DNA of 64,000 bases from contig NC_042998.1 of the NCBI RefSeq assembly GCF_006345805.1, positions 59,272,001 through 59,336,000 of the forward strand. Direction: 5' to 3'. Numbering within the stretch: position 1 is the stretch's first letter; each line of letters starts with the position of its first letter. The notes below the pieces were generated by a model, which ran no database searches, was not told the DNA's origin, and saw only the letters and a program-made list of their open reading frames with translations. Source of the stretch: Octopus sinensis. Taxonomy: Eukaryota. A program made the translations under genes and the position numbers. Below, one piece after another: positions 52,449 through 64,000 of the stretch.

Positions 52449-52637
52449 GTGGAGGCGCAATGGCCCAGTGGTTAGGGCAGCGGACTCGCAGTCGAAAGAA
52501 CGTGATTTCGATTCCCAGACCGGGCATTGTGAGTGTTTATTGAGCAAAAAGGGTTAAGCTCCAAGAGGCTCCGGCGGGGTGGGGGTGTGAATCCCGCTGT
52601 ACTCTTTCACCACAACTTTCTTTCACTCTTTCTTCCT
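52449..52637 (+). mobile_element. tRNA-derived SINE 5' half (32727/43244 head family)
   Basis: gtggaggcgcaatggcccagtggttagggcagcggactcgc..ttcgattcccagaccggg..gtactctttcaccacaactttc. Confidence 0.85.
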
Positions 52638-53288
52638 ACTTCTTCCACAAAGCAGAGGAACCATGGTGTAACCCACTATGGTGTAGTAAACTTTCAGATC
52701 CTAGTCTATATTGCGAATCCTCTGTACCTCAGGATGGTTTAGCTCTCCACCTGTTAAAAGCCAGCGTTTACGGAATGAGGATAACAACGAAGCTTTCGCG
52801 CCTGTGCAACTGCCAGTCTATCGCGTATGGTGGGTCGATTTCGAGTTGCCACACACATTCTTAGTAGCTTAATTAGAGATTATTCTTTGTGGCTAATGGC
52901 GTGGATCCTGATTGGAAGGAGAAGACAACAGCAAGGTTCAAGGATGGGTAGTGCAACAACGGATTATTGCACCCACATCTGTGACGACGCTGCAGACAAA
53001 CGCACACAGGCACAGACACACATAGACACAGACACACACACACACACACACACTCTCTCTCTCTCTCTCTCTCTAATATACACATATCAGATAAATCTAA
53101 TTTAGACTGAATTTTAAAAACATTTCTAATACACCGTGTGCATGAAATATTCATTAATTATTTATTCTAACCGCTGACAAATGCATATTATACTTATTAA
53201 TTTGGTTACTTCAGCTACTTACTAGTTTTTGTTTGATATATTAGCAACTATGGTTCAGTTTACTTCGTAGGTAGGCGAATTAGAAATA

Positions 53289-53343
53289 CTTATATTCTCC
53301 GAAGAGTGACCATTTAGCGACGAAACCATGTGTGAATGATAAG
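53289..53343 (+). ncRNA. Decayed type-I hammerhead
   Basis: cttatattc/gaatgataag stem I, CCGAAGA (U4C), GU..AC stem II, GAA-AC-CAU-GU-G (H17=G). Confidence 0.45.
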
Positions 53344-54690
53344 TTTAAATTTTTGTTTGATAGGGGACGAGGTGAATAACACGACACGTTTACGTTTGGT
53401 TACTTTCTACAGCGCAGACATGAATTATAACCTACCGACATTATATTTCTTTTAACGCATGGACTGTTAGATGAAAGTGTTCTTAGTCACTCAGCGCGTT
53501 GCTTGAAGCAAACCTTTGTGACTTTCCTTCCCAAATGGAAACCAATTCTCTTTCGAAGCTTTCAGTTTCATTCAACATGTACACCCGTACAGTACACTAC
53601 CGAAAAGAGGAATATTGCCCCATGCCTTTTACCTAATAGGACAGCCAAGCGCTAAACATTACAAGGAAGACTTAGTATTTAACACTTCAACACAATTTGA
53701 ATATGATACCCTATCCGTGATGCCAAAAGAATATAATCTTGAGTTTACAATAATTAGAATTAAATGTTTATTTACTATAATCATTACAGTGTGAAATAAT
53801 GAATTGTGGAATAATATCCAAGCATTCTATTGTAATACCCATTAATTAGTTTCCCAACTATATAATAATTTTTCTTTTTAGAGATGAAGTCCTGTTACTA
53901 ATTAAAACCATTCCACTTATTCTAATAATCGTTTGGAAAACATTCTCGGAGGTAAAGTTTTACAGAAAACTTGAAATGAAATTAGCATTTATTCCTTTAG
54001 GTGTATATTTAATGATTTAGTATTATTTTTGGAATGGAAATTAAGAACGGAACAACTTGATAAAATCTAATACTCGAGGGGTAAAAAAGACAAAAAACAA
54101 AAAACAGAAGCATACACTCACCTGTAAAGAAGCAAAAGAAAAAAAGAATCGAGAAGGATGGCATAATTATTTTATACAATACTTGCCGTTCCTTTTTAGA
54201 AATCGCTATTGTTAAGAAATGCATTTAGTGTAGCAAAAATAAAGGAATTGTTAGATAAGAGATGACTGAAAGACCAGGAGAGATAGTGTGTGTGTGTGTG
54301 TGTGTGTGTAAGCGCATCCGTGCATGTATGTGTGCGTAGTAAGAAAGAAAAGGAGAGATATAATTTAGTCGTTTAAAATAAAGTTTCTCCCGTATTTCAT
54401 TCCAGTAAGAATAAAGTAAATTATAACATGAGCAACTAAAAAAAAATATGAACCAAAATAATAGCTGCTGTTACAGGAATATATATCAAGTGAATGAGAA
54501 ACTTCAACAGAAAAGAAATTGTTTTAAAAGGCGAAACACAAAGAATAAGGAATTTTTGTTAATGAAAGCAATAATTAAGCATAATAAACATTTCATTATC
54601 CCGCATACTCACAACCATAAACACTTTACAGCATAAAACACAATTATAAACTCTTTACAGCATAAGACGTAAAAAAAAAAAAACTGGAAA

Positions 54691-54972
54691 GGCGCGTGGC
54701 GTATTGATTAGAGTATTGGCTTCACGATCGTAAGGTCTTGAGTTCAGTTCCCAGCGGCGCGTTGTTTCCTTGGCTCCAGTCGATTCAGCTGGCAAAAATG
54801 AGTAGTATCGGTATTTCACAGGGCCAGCCTTGCCATATTCTATGTTACGCTGAATCCCCCAGAGAACGATGTTAATAGTACACGTGTCTGTAGTGTGCTC
54901 AGCCACTTACACGTTAATTTCACGAGCAGGCTGTTCCGCTGATCGACTCAGGTATAACCCTCGTCGTCGTAA
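54691..54972 (+). mobile_element. tRNA-derived SINE sharing the 3' half of the 32727 family but with a different head
   Basis: 3' acacgtgtctgt.g.gtgctcagccacttacacgttaatttcacgagc..ccctcgtcgtcg matches ~32995-33085. Confidence 0.8.
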
Positions 54973-54981
54973 TATATATTA

Positions 54982-55039
<58 letters not shown>

Positions 55040-55330
55040 GTTCGTGGTTTAGCTGTAGGGGGTGTTTGCAATTACAATCGCTTGATGATGATTTTAATTC
55101 CTAGACTGGATGGTGCGATGTGTTCATGAGCAAAACACTTCATCTCACGCCTGACATGTGGCGCACCTGTTGAGATAACTTTCAGTGGGCTAATATCCAG
55201 TGCGAACATTTGATCACTGTTTATGCCGGCCGTTCGGCAAAACGCTCATCGTCTTCGACGAGAGAATACATTGTATAGATATCTGGTATCATGCTGAATT
55301 CACCATTTGTCGGTATATTCCCGAGTCTAA

Positions 55331-55562
55331 GGCGGCGAGGTGGCAGACACGTTAGCACGCCGGGCGAAATGCGTAGCTGTATTTCGGCTGCCGTTACGTT
55401 CTGAGTTCAAATTCCGCCGAGGTCGACTTTGCCTTTCATCCTTTCGGGGTCGATTAAATAAGTACCAGTTACGCACTGGGGTCGATGTAATCGACTTAAT
55501 CCGTTTGTCTGTCCTTGTTTGTCCTCTCTGTGTTTAGCCCCTCGTGGGTAGTAAAGAAATAG
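55331..55562 (+). mobile_element. tRNA-derived SINE with Meta-like domain, full length
   Basis: A box TGGCAGACACG, B box GAGTTCAAATTCC, gccgaggtcgactttgcctttcatcctttcggggtcgattaaataagtaccag. Confidence 0.8.
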
Positions 55563-56385
55563 ATATCAATTTGCAGTTAAAATAGTAAAATTAATAACGC
55601 CGTCACATCTGATATATGAGATTAACTAACTTACTACTTAGATCATTAGCATATAGGGTCGAATGTCACTGCTATCTCTTTGATTTGTCTGTTTCTGTGG
55701 TGCGTCAGACTACTTTATCAAGCTTCAGTGAACACGACAACGGACAGACTGTTTATCTCCATCAATAATTTCTTTTATCACTGGCAAACTGTCTTTTGAT
55801 AGATCTGAAAATTTTATTGCCATTTTCAAGAGCTAATCTATTCCATGCAACACCAACTTAATTCAAATCCCAACTTACTGCGTGTATCCACTCTGCTATG
55901 GTTTGTATTTATTCTCATGGCAGTTTTATCGCTCCTCAACCTCCACATCCTCCTCCTCCTCCTCCTCCTACTACTACTACTACTACTACTACTACTCTAC
56001 TACTACTACTACTACTACTACTACTTTCTATGGCAGAAACTTTATCGCGCCGGACAAATAAAAGAGCAGCATTAGATCATCCGACAAATCCAGAGGTCCA
56101 TTTGCCTTTCATCTTTTCCGGTTTGATAAAATAAAGTACCAGTCAAGTACTGAAGTCAACGTAATCGACTTGTTACTTCCTCTCCAAACTGCTGGCATTG
56201 TGCTTGCCTTTTGTAATATTACTCATATTCTTCTTCTTCTTCTTCGTCTTCTTCTTCTTCTTCTCTTCTTCTTCTTCTTCTTCTTCTTCTTCTTCTTCTT
56301 CTTCTTCTTCTTCCTTCTTCTTCTTTTTCTACTTCCTCTTCTTCTTCTTCTTCTTCTTCTTCTCTTCTTCTTCTTCTTCTTCTTC

Positions 56386-56420
<35 letters not shown>

Positions 56421-56479
56421 CGCTCAACAGATTAGACTGTTGGAAAACAAAATAATCTTAACATCGGGCTACAAGTAGC

Positions 56480-56819
56480 CTTGAATGCCAAGAACCCTCC
56501 TATTGGGTTACAGTAAGTAACATTAGATGCCAAGAGCCCTCCTAACTATCCTAGCTGTCCCTAATAATACTGTTTTTTTTTTGCAGCTGTACTAAATTGG
56601 GTTTTATGCCTATTTCCTCTATCCATCTGTTGAGATCTTTAAGGATAATTCCCAATGCACCTATAACTACTGGGATACATTTTACTCGCACTTTCCATAG
56701 TCTCTGTAATTCAATAGGTAGGTCCTGGTACGTTGCTATTTTTCTATACCTATCATATTAATTTTTTTCATCATTTGAGACTGTAAAATCAATTATCGGG
56801 CACTTTCTATTCTCTTTAT

Positions 56820-56897
<78 letters not shown>

Positions 56898-59800
56898 AAT
56901 CAGGTATTCCAGCTTCTATTACTCTGTCAGTCTGAATGTTAAAGTCCCACAACATGTGTTTCTGACTTTCTAGTACTTTACTAGGGTCATGTTCATACCA
57001 TTTATCAATTTGTTCAAATCCTAGCTTTCTACAAAGATTCCACTGGATTGCTCTCCTTAGATTGTTATGTATTTCCTTGTATTTGTTCTGTGCCAGCATG
57101 CTACATTCACTTACTATATGAGTAACTGTTTTCTCTTTTGATTTGCATAATCTACACTGGGAATCTATTTGTTTTTGTTTCTATTTTGGCTTTATCCAAT
57201 TAGTATTTAATGCTTGATCTTGTGCAGCTAGTAACAGACTTTCTATCTCCCTCTTCAGGCTTCCTTTCTGCTACCTTAACCATGTCACACTACTATTTGC
57301 TGAAACTATCTTCTCCGGCTAGTCAGATAGTTTCTGTTCTTTTTCTGGCTTTTAAGTTTGTTTTGTGTTTTGGTTTCCCTATGTGTTGCTGTGAGTCTAG
57401 CAGCTTTTAATAAACTTCCTTTACTATAAAGTACATAGGAGTTTATATCTGCTCTAACTAACTTCACACAGTCTTCTACTGATATTAACCATCTTCTGCG
57501 TTCCTTTGTTGGTAGGTATAATAGTGCCACTCATACCCTTGGGCGGAGCCCTCCATTCATATTGAATTCCTTCCTAGTTCTTTTATCTAGCTTTGCTAAT
57601 TCAGTTTTTGTCCAATCTACAAAAGCTGCCTTGTATCTAAGTAATGATACTGCCCAAGTATACTACATTCACATGATTCGGGCCATTAGATTCAGGCCAT
57701 TTAGCTTTGACTTCATTAGCTTCCTCACCCTTCTGATGTACTCTTTCTCAATTTTCGTTTTCGTTTCTCTAGTTAGTACCCTGTCAGATTCTAATATTCC
57801 TAGATACTTATAACTTTCTCTTCTCTTCAACGATTTTAATATCTGGCCATCTCATTATCGGATGCCTTCGCTGTGGACTACTTTTCCCCTTGTCAAGACT
57901 AATATTGCACACTTATCTATGACATGTTTCATGCCTGTATCTTTGCTCCAGAGTCATACAGTCAGTATTAAGGAATGTATCAATTTTTCATTCTTACTAA
58001 AAAGCTTCAGATCATCCATGTAGAAGAAATGGTTAATGTTTCCATTACATTTTATGAACTGATACCCTACTTTACCTTCCTTAATATCAAGCCGCAAGGG
58101 GATCAGACGTAAAATAAATATTAAAGGAGACAACGAGTCACCCTGGAAAATTCCTCTTTTGATATTAATTTTCTCTAGGAATGTGTCACCTAAGTAGAGA
58201 TCTACTTTCGATTTCTTCATGGTAACGCTAATTAATTCTCTTATGTTGCCTGCTATACTGAATATACTCAGACATTCACTTATCCATGAGTGTGGGGTTA
58301 TGTCATACGCTTTTCTATAATCTGTCCACGCTATTGTTAATCTGTCTTTCTAGCTTTTACTTCATTTGGAAATGCTTTGTCTATATATAATAGATCAAGA
58401 ATGCCTCGGGTCTTCTTGTAACCTTTCTGTCTTTCTGTAGTAACGTTTGGTTGTAAAAGTGCTCGTAGATGCTTTGTGAAAGCATTCTTGTTAACAGCTT
58501 CCACACTAATGTTAAGCAAGTGATTGGTCTATAGTTGCTGACTGTAATACCCTTCTCTTATCCTTCATAATGAGTACTGTATCCCTCTAGTCATCCAGTC
58601 TACTATTATTCCTCCATTAAGGCACTCTTGCAGTTGTTCCCTGAGCCTTCCATGTAAACTACTAAATTTCTTTACCCTTAAACTAAATCCGGTCCTTAGC
58701 CCTTCCAATTCGGCATTTTCTTAAAACTTTACCCATTAATGCACTAGTTTATCTTAGATCTAGTTACTTCTCACTCACTACTTCTTCTCTCACTTACTTT
58801 AATTATACTGCATCTCCATTATGATTGACTGGTGTATCCCAAATATTACTTCAGAACTTTTAGCTTCTTCTGCATTAAGTTTCTCATCTTCAGTACTTAG
58901 TTCTCCACTATTTATTTGGTTACAAAATTTCCTCTGGTCTGTCTCAAATAATCTATTCTGTTGATACTGATCTATCGTTTTCTGATATCCGGAGAGCTTG
59001 CCTGCTACTGCTATGATACGTTGTTTTAGCCCTTCTATTATTGTCCCAAATCCTTTCTCTTTGACTTAATACCTTTCATCGAGGCAAGGGTTGCATCATG
59101 TATTTCCTAATCTGTTTGTTTTCTAAGTTCAATTCTACTCTGATCTTGTCTTAAAGTGTTCACTTTATTTTGTAGTCTTCTTTTCCACATTAGCACTTTT
59201 TTCTTTCCCTGTGAGATATTTAATCTAGTGACTACTACCCCTCCTGCATAGATCAATACGTTAACGTCTTCTATATCTTTAGTATCTATCCTATTGATAT
59301 CATAATGTACTTTCCTAGACATCTTTTGCATCTTCCTTCTGTTGATGTCTTGTAATGCTGGAAATCCTTTTCTTCTTTACGCATTACGTCCTGCAACTCC
59401 TAAAATATTCTGATCTTCCTCACTTAAATACCTTAAATCGTTGGTGCTAGCTGTCCCTTCCTTATTGGTAGCGCTATTATTATCATTTTCCTTTAGGTTC
59501 TTCTTTAGCTTGAGATGTATCTCTTATGTTGATGTCTGTCTTTCCCATTCCCTGGCCGATCTTTTCCACCTCCAATTCTGTCTTCCACTATCTACTAATA
59601 GCATTAGCTTCATCAATTAATCTCTGCTCAATCATTTTAAACATGCCCTTCTCTACCCAGTTAACATCTGTTTCCTATATCCCCTTCTTTTAGCTTCACT
59701 TTCTAAGTAGCATTGTATCACTATCCTATTTTCTTCGCTGGTTCACTTCTACATCCTTGCTCTATTATCTGCTGATGCTATATCAAGATGACAGCTGTAG

Positions 59801-59900
59801 TCAGTCTACATCTACAGTCTACTTGTCTACTGCCCTGAAGAGCGAGAGGCTTTCCTTAATAGTCTAGCTTCATTTTTGCTGTTACGACCAGAGATTTTCG
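56480..59900 (-). mobile_element. Decayed near-full-length R4/Dong-like LINE
   Basis: GIFQGDSLSPLIF..HFFYMDDLKLF; ERQKGYKKTRGILDLL.ID; KWYEHDP..WDFNIQTDR..PDLV; (GTA)n expansion inside the RLE. Confidence 0.85.
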
Positions 59901-60323
59901 GAAACTCCTATCTCTAATAAACTCAGGTAAGGTAACGTTCGGTACCATCGTCATCGCCACTATTATTTCTCGACATCTGAAAATTTCAAGCTACTTTCTG
60001 TTGCATCATTTGTTGTATCGTTGAGTGGTGGTTGAGTGGTGCGTGCTGCATTATTTTGGGGTGGGGGTATATTGTATTGGATTAGTACGTTTTAGTATGG
60101 GGCTTTCGTTTAGTCATCTGTTGTATTAGTTTTTATATTGTGTGTTTTTTATGTCGCGCATGTTGTGTTCTCCTGTTGGGTATCGGCCTTCTATGGCAAA
60201 GGTTGTGCGTTTCGTTCATTATGTTGAGTATTTACAGTGTGAGTTTATTCTTGTATGTTTTTGGAGGGATGTTGCTTAGTAGTGTGTGTGTAAAATCGTG
60301 TGTCTGTTCTTCTTCTTCTTCTT

Positions 60324-60354
<31 letters not shown>

Positions 60355-60372
60355 TTATTCTTCTTCTTCTTC

Positions 60373-60418
<46 letters not shown>

Positions 60419-60569
60419 TTTTTTTTCTTCTTTCAAATTTTCTTCCATTTCTTGCCGAGTGAAAGAAACTCATAGTGTATATTGGTAGGCCATTAAACCA
60501 AACTCAGAAGTTCGTTCATTTTTTTTTTTTTTTTAAAGTTAAATTAAAATACATGAGCAGCAACAGTTC

Positions 60570-62012
60570 TCACATCGACAATGCTCTTCTCAATACGTGT
60601 GATGTACCAGTTAAGACAATTTTTTGCACTTCTTGCAGGGATGGTAAGCCAGGGATCATTCTCATATAATTTTCGGTTCCCTTCTTGATCATTCCTAGTG
60701 CTCCTACGATCACTGGTATTGTAACCGCCTTGAGATGCCACATTTTCTCAATTTCAATGAGTAGGTCTTTATATTTTCTGAGCTTGTCAAACTCTTTCGC
60801 TGAGATATTATGATCACAGGGGATGCTCATGTCGATCAATAAGCAAACTTTATTGTTTTGGTCTTTCACAACAATATCTGGTTTATTGGCTTTGATGGTT
60901 CGGTCTGTATGTACTGGAAAGTCCCACAGAATGGTTACATTTTCTCCTTCAGTTACAGCCTCAGGGTGGTGATTATACCACTTGTCGGCAGTTTTGATAT
61001 TGTAATGCCGACTTATTAGCCAGTGGAGATATTGGCCAACTCTGTCATGTCTTAATTTATACTCCACTGGTGCTAAGACTTTACATCCAGAGATTAGGTG
61101 GTCCACTGTTTCAATCATGTCGTTGCAGAATCGGCATTTTGGGTCTGCTCCATTTTTCATCACATTGGCCTGGTAGTTCCGGGTTAATAGGCTTTGGTCT
61201 TGAGCAGCCAGGATGAAACCTTCGCTCTCTGCTTTTAGCCCTGAGCTCCGCAGCCACTGATGGGTTTGCTTCTGGTCAACATCAGCTTGTTTGCTGCGGG
61301 TCACATATTTGCCGTGCAGAGGTTTCTCCTCCCACCTATCAGCCAATTGCTCGTGCGCTTTTTTCATTGCCATCATTTTCACCTTCTTTGCAACAATAGT
61401 TGCCGTACTTCCCTCGGGTTGTTCAGTTTGGGTATCCTGCACGAGATCAATAGCAAATTTTTTACTTTCCTTGATGATAGAATGAAGCTTCTTTCGTCTC
61501 TCGTGATTTTCCACGAGCTTTAGCATCCAGTCATTCGATATTTCGAGATATTTGGCCAGTCCAATTGTGGTTGTTTTGTAAGCTAGTTCAAATTGGATCA
61601 GGCCTCGACCTCCTTGGGCTCTGGGAAGGTAAAGGCGATCTACGTCTGCCTTTGGGTGGTGCATCCTATTACAACTCAGCAGCTTGCGTATTTTTCTATC
61701 TATATTCTTTACTTCACTCATATCCCAGTTCAACACATTGTAGCTATAAGTAACAACTGGAACTGCTAAGGAATTTATAGCTAACACCTTGTTACGTGCA
61801 TTTAGTTCAGATTTCAGGACTGCACGAACTCTCCTATAACATTCCTTCCTGATTTTCTCTTTCATGCTTGCATGCTGAATACCAGAGCCTTCATTTATCC
61901 CTAAATATTTGTATGTTTGTTCTTGCTCAAGCTCTCTTATGACTGTGTCAACATCTAACACGACTGAATTTGTGGTCTTCACTTTCCTTTCTGGAAAGTG
62001 GCCTTGGCACAC
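60570..62012 (-). CDS. Dong-like ORF C-terminal part (RT thumb, CCHC zinc knuckle, restriction-like endonuclease)
   Basis: 480 aa stop-free; the true frame joins upstream through a 1-nt frameshift at ~61984. Confidence 0.85.
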   Translation of the reverse strand: MCQGHFPERKVKTTNSVVLDVDTVIRELEQEQTYKYLGINEGSGIQHASMKEKIRKECYRRVRAVLKSELNARNKVLAINSLAVPVVTYSYNVLNWDMSEVKNIDRKIRKLLSCNRMHHPKADVDRLYLPRAQGGRGLIQFELAYKTTTIGLAKYLEISNDWMLKLVENHERRKKLHSIIKESKKFAIDLVQDTQTEQPEGSTATIVAKKVKMMAMKKAHEQLADRWEEKPLHGKYVTRSKQADVDQKQTHQWLRSSGLKAESEGFILAAQDQSLLTRNYQANVMKNGADPKCRFCNDMIETVDHLISGCKVLAPVEYKLRHDRVGQYLHWLISRHYNIKTADKWYNHHPEAVTEGENVTILWDFPVHTDRTIKANKPDIVVKDQNNKVCLLIDMSIPCDHNISAKEFDKLRKYKDLLIEIEKMWHLKAVTIPVIVGALGMIKKGTENYMRMIPGLPSLQEVQKIVLTGTSHVLRRALSM

Positions 62013-62133
62013 TTCTCAAGTCCAAACTCCATCCCGATGTCATCGCTGAATGCTTTCACGGTGCGCAATTGGCCTTCAAGTTCATTATTGTCTTTACCAT
62101 AAAGTTTTAAGTCATCCATATAAAATAGATGGC

Positions 62134-63585
62134 TTATTTTTTTATTGGCAATTTTATATCCATACCCTGTTCTGTTAATTCACTTGTAAGGGGTATTAGG
62201 GCTATGCAGAATATTAAAGGTGAAAGTGAGTCACCTTGAAAAATTCCACAGTTGATGTTTATATTTTCTGAGGCAAGTACTCCATTAGAGTGGTATAATT
62301 GGAGATTCGTATTCCACAACGACATATTGTGCTTCAGGAAGTTTGAAATCACAGGGGAAATTTTGAAGATGTCCAGCGATCTCAAGATCCATGGATGCGG
62401 TATACTGTCGAAGGCCTTTTTATAGTCAATCCATGCGGTGCTGAGATTTCTGCGCTTGTTGTGACAGTTCTCAAGGATCATACGATTGATTAGCAGTTGA
62501 TCTTTGCTTCCGTAAGAGCCTCTGCGGCACCCTTTTTGTTCAATGGGGAAAATATCGTTCTTCTCCATGAATGCATATGTTTTCTCCGCCAGGATAGATG
62601 TTAGGATTTTATACGTGGTGGATAGACAGGTTATAGGCCGATAGTTTTTTGGAAGGTTGGTTTCGTTATTCTTTGGGAGTAGGTAAGTAATGCCACTTGC
62701 TAACCATTCAGGTGTTTTCTTTGGGTCTCTCATAATTCCATTGAGCAGCTGAACTAGCTTACCGTGTGCGCACGGGAGCGATGCGAGCCAGAAATTCGGC
62801 ACCCTATCTTTACCGGGGGATTTCCAATTATGGGCCTTCGTGAGTGCCTTTCTTAGGTCTGCTATTGTGATGTCTTCCCATGCTTGTTGTTGTAAATTTT
62901 GGTAGGATCCTTCAGTTTGTATAATCCAGTCTGCATTTATGTTGTACGTCTTCTTGTCACTCCAAATCCTTTTCCAAAAGTTTTGAACTTCTTCCATGGG
63001 AGGGGGGTCTTTAACGGTTACTTTCTCCTTCCCTATTTCTCTGTAGAATCTTTTGGCATTGGATGTGAACAGCTTATTTTGCTTGTAAAACTTGTTTCTC
63101 TTCTCAAATCTTCGTATTCTTTGGGCTTTTGCTTGGACTTTTTGTTTCAGCGTTTCTTTTATTGATATCAGTTCTTCTCTTGGTGAGGATCCAAATTTTC
63201 TCTTCATCTTTCTTCCTGTTCTGGATCTTACATCATTTCCACATATTAGTTCATTTAATATTGATATTTCCCCTCTCATAAATTCAATCTCTTTTTCAAT
63301 TTTACTTCTCCAGGTTTGATTTCTTCCCAGGTTTTGTTTTCTTTGTTTTTTCGGGGGCATACAGCTGGTTTCAATTGCCCTAGCAGAAGCGTAAATAATT
63401 TCATTTAACTCAGTAAAATCAGGTTTTAATTCTCGTATTATTTCATTTGTTACATAGTTGCCAATTTGGATTTGTTTTTTATTTTGGTTTGTATTTGAGA
63501 GTTTATGAAGCGGTTCTCTATCATTCATACTTGTATGTCTTACAACTTCAAGCGTATTCAGGATTTTCTGCCTCATTTCTGCCAT
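62134..63585 (-). CDS. Dong-like ORF central part (RT domains 0-5)
   Basis: 483 aa stop-free; KSPGKD, NYRPITCL, EQKGCRRGSYGSKDQLLI, WIDYKKAFDSIPH, GIFQGDSLSPL. Confidence 0.85.
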   Translation of the reverse strand: MAEMRQKILNTLEVVRHTSMNDREPLHKLSNTNQNKKQIQIGNYVTNEIIRELKPDFTELNEIIYASARAIETSCMPPKKQRKQNLGRNQTWRSKIEKEIEFMRGEISILNELICGNDVRSRTGRKMKRKFGSSPREELISIKETLKQKVQAKAQRIRRFEKRNKFYKQNKLFTSNAKRFYREIGKEKVTVKDPPPMEEVQNFWKRIWSDKKTYNINADWIIQTEGSYQNLQQQAWEDITIADLRKALTKAHNWKSPGKDRVPNFWLASLPCAHGKLVQLLNGIMRDPKKTPEWLASGITYLLPKNNETNLPKNYRPITCLSTTYKILTSILAEKTYAFMEKNDIFPIEQKGCRRGSYGSKDQLLINRMILENCHNKRRNLSTAWIDYKKAFDSIPHPWILRSLDIFKISPVISNFLKHNMSLWNTNLQLYHSNGVLASENININCGIFQGDSLSPLIFCIALIPLTSELTEQGMDIKLPIKK

Positions 63586-64000
63586 AGACTCTCTGTGTTC
63601 TTCAGCAAATGCGAGATCTTCAGTTACTGTTGTTTTTTCGTTTTCCTGGCTATCTTTAACTGGTACAATAGAATTTCTTGTATCTTCAGGCCTTTGCGTA
63701 CTTTGGTCAGATGGCAGTCTTTCAATTAAGCCTCGTGGCGGCTATACTGTTCATCTGATTCTTCATTTCCTTTGTGTCTTATATTTATGTCATTTTCCGT
63801 TGCGTGCTTGATCGCGCTTATTTCACTGTCTGTGAGTCTGTTATTTCTAAAGATATCCCTCCTCACATTTGCTAATTTGTTCTCGTCCAAATAGGGCCTA
63901 CTGTCTTGATTCCGTGTTCTCCATATACTGTAAGAGTTTGCGGTGTGTCTCTCTTGAGATGGCCTACCTAATGCATAGTAATAAGCGTATATTACTTCTT

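Larger units (their letters stand above)
60420..64000 (-). mobile_element. Young R4/Dong-like LINE (single ORF: N-terminal domain, RT, CCHC, RLE); 5' end beyond the window; (TAA/GAA)n tail 60305-60420
   Basis: ORFs 63585-62134 and 62012-60570 plus bridging frame with YMDD; CRFC..ETVDHLISGC; KPDIVVKD..IDMSIP..KYKDL. Confidence 0.93.

Noticed and set aside
52660-53000. Possible RTE-like 5' UTR or ncRNA
   Set aside because: No diagnostic motif or second copy in the window

Overview
AT-rich eukaryotic, repeat-saturated DNA. The tRNA-derived SINE sequences resemble octopus families as I recall them, so it is probably an Octopus genome (inference). I find no host protein-coding exon, rRNA, true tRNA gene or CRISPR array; most short ORFs in the track are read-throughs of (TA)n, (CA)n, (AAT)n and similar microsatellites. 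Four element groups make up the window: (1) many R4/Dong-like non-LTR retrotransposons (RT + CCHC + restriction-like endonuclease) with (TAA)n tails. The copy at 60.4-64 kb has no nonsense codons and only three 1-nt frameshifts. (2) A decayed L1/Tx1 LINE, a CR1 3' end, a Tc1/mariner fragment and a CGGBP1-like hAT transposase pseudogene. (3) tRNA-headed SINEs with CORE-, V- and Meta-like domains. (4) Penelope-like element (PLE) remnants with GIY-YIG or RT fragments, long fold-back inverted repeats and several minimal type-I hammerhead ribozymes. Most notable are a tRNA/Pol III-headed SINE-like element carrying a hammerhead, a young inverted PLE with two opposed intact hammerheads, a U3-A8 covariant hammerhead, and an HDV-like fold at a Dong-type 5' end. 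All alignments and folds were done by eye and many boundaries are approximate.
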